From an uncultured Candidatus Poseidoniales archaeon (GTDB lineage: Archaea > Thermoplasmatota > Poseidoniia > Poseidoniales > Poseidoniaceae), in assembly GCA_902605365.1 (NCBI GenBank), contig CACLCM010000001.1, forward strand, positions 6,762-70,761: a stretch of DNA of 64,000 nt. Reading direction: 5' to 3'. The notes below the pieces were generated by a model that had not been told where the DNA came from, made no database searches, and saw only the letters and a program-made list of their open reading frames with translations. The position numbers and the translations under genes are program-made. Shown piece by piece: positions 55,482 through 64,000 of the stretch (within the stretch, counting starts at the first letter, position 1; each line of letters begins with the position of its first letter).

Positions 55482-56444
55482 ATGTTTGAGCGATTGGAGT
55501 CAAACATGCGGGCAATAGCTGTACTACTCAGTGTGCTCATGCTATCTTCAGTTTCTGGTGTAGACTATGAGACTGGAGACGAGGACTGGAGGGATGTCGA
55601 AGTTGATATGTCGGCTTGGAGCGATGGTCCTGAATTAGAAGGTTCACCGATGGATACACCTCAGTCAGGAGATGCTGTACTAGTAATCCAAGTTGATTAC
55701 AAACCAAGCCATCTTGAATCTGCAGTTCAAGGAGAAATTGTCATAGAATTATTCGAAGAATGGGCTCCTATAACAACAAAGAACATGATTAAAAATGTAG
55801 AAAATGACATCTACAACGGTATATTCTTCCATCGCGTAATCGATGATTTCGTAACTCAATCAGGCGACCCTACCTGTAAAGCAGCAGGGATTTATCCAGC
55901 CACTAGTTTAACCTGCGGAAGCGGTGGTCCAGGTGAAAATATCGTTCTAGAGCATCATGAAAATTTGTCACATGTGGATGGGGCAATAGGTATGGCTAGA
56001 AGTCAAGACCCTGATAGTGCAGATTCACAGTGGTATATCGCTGAAACAGAAGCTCATGGCCTAGACCCTGAGAATAGGGAGGATGAAGGATATGCAACGT
56101 TTGGAATAGTGAGGAACGGAATGAGTCATGTCCGGGCGATTGCTATGGTTCCAACATCTGATGACCCAACTGGTGAAGAAATCGTAGTCAACCCAGCATC
56201 ATCTGCAGGCCGGCCTATTTGGGAAGTTCACATATCTAACGTCGAGATGATTGGAGTTATTCCGTATGATAAATCTGGAGGCGAAGTAGAATCGCAATCA
56301 TTTTTGTCAACAGCAGTCGGAAAAACAACTCTCGGTTTGGGAATAATTGTAATCGCAGTGGCGGGTTATGCAGCATTCACTAGAACTAAAGAAGACGAGC
56401 CAGATGCGATTTTGTTGGATTTGGTAGACGAAGAAATCGATTAA
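55482..56444 (+). CDS. Secreted cyclophilin-type peptidyl-prolyl cis-trans isomerase with C-terminal TM anchor and acidic tail
   Basis: Signal peptide. Cyclophilin blocks FFHRVIDDFVTQSGDP, GMARSQDPDSADSQWYI. C-terminal LGLGIIVIAVAGYAAF. Confidence 0.8.
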   Translation: MFERLESNMRAIAVLLSVLMLSSVSGVDYETGDEDWRDVEVDMSAWSDGPELEGSPMDTPQSGDAVLVIQVDYKPSHLESAVQGEIVIELFEEWAPITTKNMIKNVENDIYNGIFFHRVIDDFVTQSGDPTCKAAGIYPATSLTCGSGGPGENIVLEHHENLSHVDGAIGMARSQDPDSADSQWYIAETEAHGLDPENREDEGYATFGIVRNGMSHVRAIAMVPTSDDPTGEEIVVNPASSAGRPIWEVHISNVEMIGVIPYDKSGGEVESQSFLSTAVGKTTLGLGIIVIAVAGYAAFTRTKEDEPDAILLDLVDEEID

Positions 56445-57460
56445 TCAATCCTCAGATCTAGTACCACATGTCTGATGTGTGGACAATATTGCTTAACATC
56501 TTCCAAGTGTAATGCAGTCGCATTCTTACCACTTACTGTTGCAAACCATTCTGTAGTCTTTCCAACCCATTCCTCGATTTCATCCTCGTGGACATTCATG
56601 TGAACATGAATAGTTCCACCACTGGGCTTGAGACATCCTATCGCCAACCCCCATGCATTCATCGAAGAAGGAATCAAACCGAGGATAACACGGTCTGCAA
56701 TTCCTTTCAAACCTCTCATAGTAACTCGGTTATCACCGGGGTGGATAGTACATTTTTCTGCCACATTATTCCTAATCAGTCCCTTCTCTAATGCCGAAAT
56801 ACTATCGGGGTTTATTTCACAAGCATGTACGTGACTGGCTCCCCCTCTAACAAGGAATTGAAGGGTGTAATATCCAATTCCACAAAATGCATCGACTATC
56901 ACTTCCCCCTCACAGTCAATGGTCCCCATGCGTCCCCGTTCAGTGACATTACCCGATGAGAACATTACCGCTGTAGCATCAAATTCATACTCAACAAAAT
57001 TTTCTTTGTGAATTACCCATCCGTTTTCACCGTGAATTAATTTCATTTGGGACTGCCTTTTCATTCCAGGGTCTATCTCAGCTTGTATTGCTATTCGATT
57101 AGCTCCTAGAGCCCCAGCAACTTCTTCTAATGGCCAACCAGAAGTGTCGGTCCCTTCTTGGAAAATAACTAGGTCGCCCAACTTATCCCAGCGTTGTGGA
57201 GGATTTTCTAGTAATTTCTCCAATTTATCATGGGGATTTGTTTTTTCAACTATGTCAAAATCAAGTTCAATCTCACCTTCAATAACCGGTATTGCAATCA
57301 TTTCACCGTAAGGCATTGGTTTGAGATTAGGATTCAACAAGCCCTGTTCTTTCAACCGCTCAAACTCATCTGAAGCGATTTCTCGCGTGCACAGGTATGC
57401 GCGTGAGAGGGCCATAATTGACTGCTGGCAGGCAAAGCATGTTAAATGTCCCAGCAACAC
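56441..57460 (-). CDS. tRNA methyltransferase of the Trm5/Taw2 (TYW2) class (SAM-dependent)
   Basis: VIVDAFCGIGYYTLQF (SAM motif I), ACEINPDSI, and NLPW-equivalent region; archaeal Trm5 size. Confidence 0.7.
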   Translation of the reverse strand: MLLGHLTCFACQQSIMALSRAYLCTREIASDEFERLKEQGLLNPNLKPMPYGEMIAIPVIEGEIELDFDIVEKTNPHDKLEKLLENPPQRWDKLGDLVIFQEGTDTSGWPLEEVAGALGANRIAIQAEIDPGMKRQSQMKLIHGENGWVIHKENFVEYEFDATAVMFSSGNVTERGRMGTIDCEGEVIVDAFCGIGYYTLQFLVRGGASHVHACEINPDSISALEKGLIRNNVAEKCTIHPGDNRVTMRGLKGIADRVILGLIPSSMNAWGLAIGCLKPSGGTIHVHMNVHEDEIEEWVGKTTEWFATVSGKNATALHLEDVKQYCPHIRHVVLDLRID

Positions 57461-60454
57461 AAACCTGTTTGTATGAAGTCTAGACTTGCATTCTTTCTGA
57501 CTTTTTTATTTGCAATTTCAATATTGTTGCCACTAGCATCCGCTGCAGGTATGCAGGGTTGTACACTCAATGGTGGCGTTTGTGATACTTGGGATAAGGC
57601 CGATGACGGTACACCTAATCAACAGGATTGGATTGCCGGAGTTTATGAGTTCGATTTGGTAGATACTTCTACAATAAACATGGAGATGTCTTGGGCATTA
57701 CATGAATTCAATCGCACAACTATTGGTCTGGATGGTGCGATAATGAATGCAGCACTAGCCGCTGAAGGATTGAGTGCTCAAGATGGCGCTCCTGCCGACC
57801 TCATTCGCAATTATTTTGACCAAACCACTGCAGGTGCAGGCACTCCTACCGTTAGAGAGAAATTGGCTTTGGAAGTAAATAGCACGATTGAAGAGTTATT
57901 GGATAGCGGCTTTGGTTCTGTAAATTCAATCGATACAAATTATGTTAATTCAATCTCTAATTCAGGTATTACCACCACTTGTAGCGATGACCCTGATACA
58001 GATACAGCTGCGGAAGCAGGTCTTTCAGACAATGTATTTGACCCCCCTATTTGCTTCTCAGTAACCGCGAGCGTAACCCTTTCCACATCTACCTTCAATC
58101 TAGGCTCAGTCGACCCTTTAACACTGGACAGAGTTTACCGTGGAATGCTTGTAATGGGCTCAGATATCACTTCTGAATTTGACCTGTTTAGTGAACCGGG
58201 ACATTCATCGGTATTCGTGATTAATCCACCTGACTTTGCTACGGTTAAGAGCGTTGACTCATCAGGAGTTCAAATCGTGAAATCAGGCCCACCTTCCTAC
58301 ATGGCTGCACAATGGACAATCGACAATCTAGATGCACCAATTGCTGGCTCTAGAATCAGCCAGAGTGTCGATGTAGAAATCGGTCACCGTAATTCAACTC
58401 AAACAAATAGCGTTGAAATCTTGTCTCAAGATACTGGAATTACCCTGGATGTAACTCTCGACCTCTCTGATGAAAGTTCAGCTTGGATAGATATTGTGGC
58501 AGGAATTAACCATCTTGACCAATCAACAATGGGGGATTGGGGGGTGTCATTAGTCGATGTAACTTCGAATGCCAAGATCCCTTGGGTGACCTCAGATGGA
58601 ATACGCCTAGCATATCAAAACGATTTAGTTGAGCTAGAATCATTTACAGATAATTTCCCTATGGATAACGTTGGAGACTCTATTGAAAATGCAGTGCCCG
58701 GGGTCGGAGATATCGAAATAAATAATCCGTCTTGGGTATCTCAATCCATTGCGATAGGAATACCTGAACCAGGGGGTGGGCTCAATTACACACATAGTGG
58801 ATGTCCCGAATCTTTACCTCCGGGAACCGATGTCCATTATTGCATTGAAGGCCCCAATGCAATGGATGGGACTCATCCAGTTTACCTAAGGGCGACCTCT
58901 AGTACCTTTGAATTACATTTGCTAGATTTAGTTAAGCAAGAAGTGAGTGACTCCACTGGCATTCTTGATGTAATTCAAGAAAGCGACCTACGGAAGTTAC
59001 TAGATTCTGGACTCACAATAGATACACAATTTGGTGAGGATTTATTGCAAAATATGATTCCAGCAAATCTTCCACCCACTGAATTGACCCTAGAATTAAT
59101 CTTACCAATGTGGATGCAAGCTGCTACTGGAGACTCCTCAATCATCTTAGTAGAGAGGACAAATGGCGAGGATGATTTATCAATTTCAATGGCTGGACCT
59201 GCAGCATATAGTCCAGACCACGCAATCTTGGATTCTGACGGCAATGAAATTTGTTCAGCCAATGAGGCTGATTGGTCCTGTATCAACTTAGATGTTGAGA
59301 TGGATGTAAGTGATTTAGATTTCAATGAATGGGGCCCAAGTATAGAATTGACCGCTTCTTTTTCGGCATCCATCGATGTTTATAGAATTAAGATCCCAGA
59401 TGAAGTTTTGGACGAAATGAAATCTGAGAACACAACAGTTTCCCTTGAAGTAATACCTTCCGATTTAATCAGGCTCGGATTTGATATTGCAGACCGTCTT
59501 GCTGAACCTCTTACTGAGGATGTAGATGCCGGAGGGAATGAAGATGTTTCAATGGAAATAACCACTTCAGGGTTTGAAAAGTTCGTAAGAGATATTGGTG
59601 AAGAGGTCACCAATGAATTGCATAATCGGGCAGACGATTTAAGCGATGAAGAAGAATCCACAGAACTCGATTTATCTGGAGTCCAAATCATTACTTCTCT
59701 TGAAAATCTAGGTGGTATTGGTGTCTCTATGGGCGATGAGACTCCAATCACACTCAAAGTTCGGGTTCCTGAATTTACCCTAGAAGCAGGTGTTACCAAC
59801 GGTTGGGGTGGAATTACAGATGGTGACCCCACAGTTGGAGTCGCTACTGCGCTCCAAACTCCAATTATTTCTGTAGCAAATGCCTTCAGTAATGCATTGA
59901 CAAATATCGGCTCTCAATTTGTACAAATGGGTGGTTCAGGATTGACTTTGGATGAGGATGGAGAACCATTCGTATTCAATATTGAGGCTCGTGATTTAGA
60001 AATCAATGAAGATACAGATTCTGAATTGAGAGGGGAAATCACAATTCTATTACCAGATGGAATAACATTAGAGGATTTCCAAACAGCCAATGGTTGGGAA
60101 GAAGTAACCACAGAGGATGGAAAGCAGAAAATCACACTTTCATTAGAGTCATTCGTTGCAGGAGACGAATTTACATTCAGTGTCCAAGTTTCATGGTGGT
60201 TCATTCTGTCACAGATATGGATTTATCCTACTATTCTTCTATCTCTAATCGTTTGGCGAGTTAGGGCTCGAAGGAAGAAGAAGCGCCGTAAGAGAGAAGC
60301 GGCTAACACCACGAAAGTTGTCAAACCCGGAAAGGGCGGACTTTCAGATGCTGAATTTGCAGCTTTAGGTGCAGGATACGACCCTACTATGCCTAGCAGT
60401 GGCGACTTTGACTTGTATGCAGACGACAAGTATGGAAATGATAAGTGGAATTAG
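57446..60454 (+). CDS. Giant secreted surface protein (1002 aa) with C-terminal TM anchor and poly-basic cytoplasmic tail
   Basis: Signal peptide LAFFLTFLFAISILLPLASA. C-terminal WWFILSQIWIYPTILLSLIVW followed by RVRARRKKKRRKRE. Confidence 0.55.
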   Translation: MSQQHKPVCMKSRLAFFLTFLFAISILLPLASAAGMQGCTLNGGVCDTWDKADDGTPNQQDWIAGVYEFDLVDTSTINMEMSWALHEFNRTTIGLDGAIMNAALAAEGLSAQDGAPADLIRNYFDQTTAGAGTPTVREKLALEVNSTIEELLDSGFGSVNSIDTNYVNSISNSGITTTCSDDPDTDTAAEAGLSDNVFDPPICFSVTASVTLSTSTFNLGSVDPLTLDRVYRGMLVMGSDITSEFDLFSEPGHSSVFVINPPDFATVKSVDSSGVQIVKSGPPSYMAAQWTIDNLDAPIAGSRISQSVDVEIGHRNSTQTNSVEILSQDTGITLDVTLDLSDESSAWIDIVAGINHLDQSTMGDWGVSLVDVTSNAKIPWVTSDGIRLAYQNDLVELESFTDNFPMDNVGDSIENAVPGVGDIEINNPSWVSQSIAIGIPEPGGGLNYTHSGCPESLPPGTDVHYCIEGPNAMDGTHPVYLRATSSTFELHLLDLVKQEVSDSTGILDVIQESDLRKLLDSGLTIDTQFGEDLLQNMIPANLPPTELTLELILPMWMQAATGDSSIILVERTNGEDDLSISMAGPAAYSPDHAILDSDGNEICSANEADWSCINLDVEMDVSDLDFNEWGPSIELTASFSASIDVYRIKIPDEVLDEMKSENTTVSLEVIPSDLIRLGFDIADRLAEPLTEDVDAGGNEDVSMEITTSGFEKFVRDIGEEVTNELHNRADDLSDEEESTELDLSGVQIITSLENLGGIGVSMGDETPITLKVRVPEFTLEAGVTNGWGGITDGDPTVGVATALQTPIISVANAFSNALTNIGSQFVQMGGSGLTLDEDGEPFVFNIEARDLEINEDTDSELRGEITILLPDGITLEDFQTANGWEEVTTEDGKQKITLSLESFVAGDEFTFSVQVSWWFILSQIWIYPTILLSLIVWRVRARRKKKRRKREAANTTKVVKPGKGGLSDAEFAALGAGYDPTMPSSGDFDLYADDKYGNDKWN

Positions 60455-62199
60455 TGAAGGGAATCGTAAATTCTCTGAGCTAATGATTGACCGATTCCTG
60501 GTACTGTTTTGAGGTCAATAACCGTAGCATGACTGATACCTTGTCTTCCTCCAAAGTGTCGAAGAAGAGATTGCAATTTCTTAGCACCTAATCCCTCTAC
60601 CGATTCAAGCGGGTCTGAAAGACGACTTTTGGCTCGTGATTTGCGGTGAAACTTGTTTACAAAACGATGCGCTTCGTCCCTTGCATGTACTAGAACACGT
60701 CCTCTTCGATCAAGAACCATATCATCATGACCATCTCTGTGAATCGTTTCCTCTCTCTTGGCAAGGCTTGCTAATTCCATGCGGTTACCTACGCCGTGGT
60801 CATCCAATAGGTTTGCAATAATTGCCAGATGAGTTTCACCTCCATCAATCAACAACAAATCTGGCCAATCTTCTACACGCTTAATCCATCTCTCAACAAC
60901 TTCTCTCATCATCCGCAAATCATCCATCGCATCTCCTTTGACGGTATAAGTTCGATATTCTTTCTTGGCGGGTCTGCCGTTTCGAAAACAAACACTTGCT
61001 CCAACTCTTGAATCTCCCAGAAGTTGAGCCATATCGAAACAAACAATGTGATTCAATGATTCCATTGACAAAAGTGTGGCTCCTTCATCAGCGGCTTTTT
61101 GCTCTAAAGAACCAGACGTTTTGTTTGCGAGTCTTTCAACTTGCATCTCGGCATTTTGCTTTGCTAGATTAGTCAAAGTAACAAAATCTCCTCTTGAAGG
61201 ACTTCTGTTCTCAACTTTAGAGCCACGGCGTTCTGAAAGCCATTGAATCACCGTATCTGTCATAGGAATAGGAGTTAGCAATAACCGAGGTGGCCTTCGA
61301 GTAGTATAATGTTCAACAATGAAAGTGGATATTGAATCTCCTTCATCTCCTCTGTGAATTAGAGGCCATGTTTCTTGACCTTTGATTACTCCATCATCTG
61401 CGTGAATTATCACGATAGCAGCTAATTCTCCTCTGACCCCTATGCCTATTGCGTCACAGTCTCTATAAACTGTAGATGAGATAACTTGTTGACTAGTAAC
61501 GCTGCGTACTGCCTTGATAGTATCTCTAACAGATGCAGCCAATTCATATTCCTGAGCAGCGGAATGCGCGTCCATTTCCTTCGCTAAATCCTCAATCAAA
61601 TCACTAGCGTCTCCGTCAAGGATTCTCCTTACACTGAGCACTCTCTGATCGTAATCTGTTGCACCAACACAAGGTCCACGGCATAATCCAATATGGCTTG
61701 CTAAACATCCGTCTTTGCCTCTACAATCTTTATCGCGTATTCCGAAATGTCTTCTTAACAATTGAACAACTTGTTTAGCTGCACCAGCATTAGGGAATGG
61801 ACCCCAAATCCATGAGTCCTTTTCGGGATGCCTGGTGTATTTTATACGCGGATATTCTTCTTTTGACAATGCTAGATAGGGGTATGATTTATCATCCTTC
61901 AACATCGAATTATACCTTGGCCTGTGTTGCTTAATCAACTGCCTTTCAAGAATCAAAGCCTCTTGAGGTGAATTGGTGACGATGCACTCGATGTCATCTG
62001 CTTTACTGACCAATTCTGGAATCATCGCTCGGTCAGGATTGGTTGCAAAATAAGAACGAATTCTTTGTGATAAAACCGTGGCTTTACCGACATAAAGAAC
62101 TCTGCCATTCGTGTTACGAAAGAGGTAAACCCCCGGTTTCGCCGGGAGGTCAACCAACGCAGAGTCCACCGGCATAGTGGCATTGTAGCGTCGGTGCAT
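60451..62199 (-). CDS. uvrC: Excinuclease ABC subunit C (UvrC), bacterial type
   Basis: GIY-YIG block GVYLFRNTNGRVLYVGKATVLSQRIRSYF, UvrBC-interaction region, C-terminal (HhH)2. Confidence 0.9.
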   Translation of the reverse strand: MHRRYNATMPVDSALVDLPAKPGVYLFRNTNGRVLYVGKATVLSQRIRSYFATNPDRAMIPELVSKADDIECIVTNSPQEALILERQLIKQHRPRYNSMLKDDKSYPYLALSKEEYPRIKYTRHPEKDSWIWGPFPNAGAAKQVVQLLRRHFGIRDKDCRGKDGCLASHIGLCRGPCVGATDYDQRVLSVRRILDGDASDLIEDLAKEMDAHSAAQEYELAASVRDTIKAVRSVTSQQVISSTVYRDCDAIGIGVRGELAAIVIIHADDGVIKGQETWPLIHRGDEGDSISTFIVEHYTTRRPPRLLLTPIPMTDTVIQWLSERRGSKVENRSPSRGDFVTLTNLAKQNAEMQVERLANKTSGSLEQKAADEGATLLSMESLNHIVCFDMAQLLGDSRVGASVCFRNGRPAKKEYRTYTVKGDAMDDLRMMREVVERWIKRVEDWPDLLLIDGGETHLAIIANLLDDHGVGNRMELASLAKREETIHRDGHDDMVLDRRGRVLVHARDEAHRFVNKFHRKSRAKSRLSDPLESVEGLGAKKLQSLLRHFGGRQGISHATVIDLKTVPGIGQSLAQRIYDSLH

Positions 62200-62261
62200 G
62201 AAGAATACATCGCCAAACAGTTAGGGGCAAGAAACATGGTTGATGAGCGATAGCAAACTAA

Positions 62262-64000
62262 CATGGTGACTGGGCCAGAAGCAAGGATTCTCGCCCGGCT
62301 TGCTACTTTTTCTAGTAACTTAGAATCTGCTTGGGATGTACCTAGAGACCTTTGTTTGCCCGGGTTATCGGAGTATTTAGGAGTAGTTCGTTCAGCATTG
62401 CACGCTCCTTTGAATGAGTTGTTGAGCAAGAAATTGGTAGTTGAGCGTAAGGCTCATGTCATCGGTGGAGGCAGTAGAAAACGCAAGGTGTACCACGTTA
62501 CCGATTTGGGTAGAACCGAATGTGAAGGAGTTATTGTTCCAAAGAGAAAGAAAGCAGGAGAATTGCTTGGTAACCCGCCTTCTAAGACAATGTTACAGGG
62601 TCGAGACTCATTGATAGAATCTCTAAAACATAAAAATAAATTAATCCTAACAGGTTTACCTGGTATCGGTAAAACTTCCTTACTCAGATCGATCTCAGAT
62701 GTTTTAGTCAAAGAAGGTAAAACAGTGCGCTTTGCAACGATGGAGTCTTTCAAAGATATAACTGAAATATTTGCCGAATGGGGACTTGAATATTCCAGCG
62801 AATCAGCAGCATTACAATCCACAAAAAATGAGGTCTTGATTCTCGATGAACTCCAAGAGGTGAGCCTTCGTCACATTGGTCGATTGGAGTCCTTCGCACA
62901 AAAATCTGAGAACCTAATAATGGCAAGTAGAGGCCCTGTACCAATCAGTGATGGTTTTGAAATTGCTGATGTTCCTCCCCTTGAAGTTGAAGATGCAATT
63001 TGCCTTTTACCCCCTCATTTAGAGGATAAAGAATTGATTGCTGAGCGGCTGGGTGGACATCCTTTGGCATTGCAGTTGCATGATGAGAAATCAGAACTTC
63101 CTGAAGCCGGTTCAGATTTGCAAGAATGGGTGAAGGAAGTAGTTCTTGGTGACCTCGGCGATGAAATCAAGGCTTTAGACGAGTTATCACTACTGCCAGT
63201 TCCGGTGCCAACAGACCACCTTCAACATGAAGAATATCTTCTGGAATTAGATGACCATTCTCTTCTCAGATGGATGGAGAGTGGTGTTGAATTACATCAC
63301 TTAGTTCGTAATGTACGTTCAACTATGCTATCAGAAAAAGACCATGCATTAGCAGCAAAGTATTGGGCGCAAAGACAAGGAGACCTTGCAAGATTGGTAG
63401 AGATGCATCATATTTTGAAATCGGGTGGAAATATTGAGTCACATCTCCTTTCCAATGCTGAAGCCTTGATGGTTCGCTCAAGTGCAGGACTAGCTACCTT
63501 AATCGGAGATGCGATTTATCGTAGCCCCACCAAATCGTTACACAGAATCGCAGCATTAGTCGCTATCGAACGCGGAGAGTCGGAAATAGCATCTGGACAT
63601 TTACAAAATTGTGATGCCCCAGATTTAGAATACTCACTTTCGTTACTGGAAGGTAAAAATGAAGAAATCGAGATGTCAAAATCTGATGCAAAATTGATTT
63701 TATCAGAAGCAGCAAGGCGAATGGATGACCGTTTACCAGGGGAAATTCCAGATTCGGGGATACCGGATCTTCTGAATATGATTGACTTATCCGAAATTGA
63801 AGATGAAATGAAAAAAGTGGTATTAGTAGCAATGGCACACATCAGGCACGCGTGGTATATTGCAAACTCGAAATGGAGTGCTGCTACTGAAATCAGGGAA
63901 GACCTTGAATCGATATCTCATGCTGATGACCCTCAATTACAAGCTCTTAACATCCGTGCGGAAATAGCACAGACTCCTCAAAATTCACCTAATTTTGAAA
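62262..64000 (+). CDS. STAND-like NTPase: N-terminal winged-helix DNA-binding domain + P-loop NTPase + alpha-helical (TPR-like) repeats; 3' end outside window (not in the supplied ORF track)
   Basis: Own translation of the open frame from ATG 62262 with no stop to 64000. wHTH LSEYLGVVRSALHAPLNELLSKKLVVER...KVYHVTDLGR. Walker A LTGLPGIGKTSLL. Walker B VLILDELQE. Long helical C-terminal region. Confidence 0.6.

Overview
This 64-kb window looks like chromosomal DNA from a mesophilic, low-GC archaeon, by inference a marine euryarchaeon of the Marine Group II (Poseidoniales) type. The evidence is the set of archaeal information-processing genes (aIF1A, RIO kinase, KH protein, ribosomal S2 and S8e, SRP19, Trm5/Taw2, Dus), a bacterial-type UvrC, and many very large secreted or membrane-anchored proteins and peptidases. 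The core feature is an 11-gene complex I operon (nuoABCDHIJKLMN; 7.7-19.6 kb). It lacks nuoEFG. NuoH, NuoI and NuoL are expanded in a lineage-specific way. nuoJ is split into two overlapping ORFs. NuoL has a His/Asp-rich loop. The rest is accessory-like. It holds giant surface proteins (an S8 subtilase of 1484 aa, CARDB-like repeat proteins) and a solo Cas4-like nuclease interrupted by a four-helix transmembrane insertion. It also holds a 1.65-kb GC-richer cassette flanked by about 100-bp inverted repeats with a third internal copy. Further items are an M28 aminopeptidase fused to an AmpG-like MFS permease, a RimK-like ATP-grasp ligase fused to a TrkA-C domain, a SAP-domain membrane protein, two paralogous membrane-anchored S15 (CocE/NonD) peptidases, and a cluster of a JAMM/MPN protease, an acidic protein and an orphan receiver. 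A wHTH-P-loop-helical-repeat (STAND-like) NTPase runs off the 3' end of the window. No tRNA, rRNA or CRISPR array was detected by eye. All calls come from reading the translations and nucleotide sequence directly; no database search was possible.
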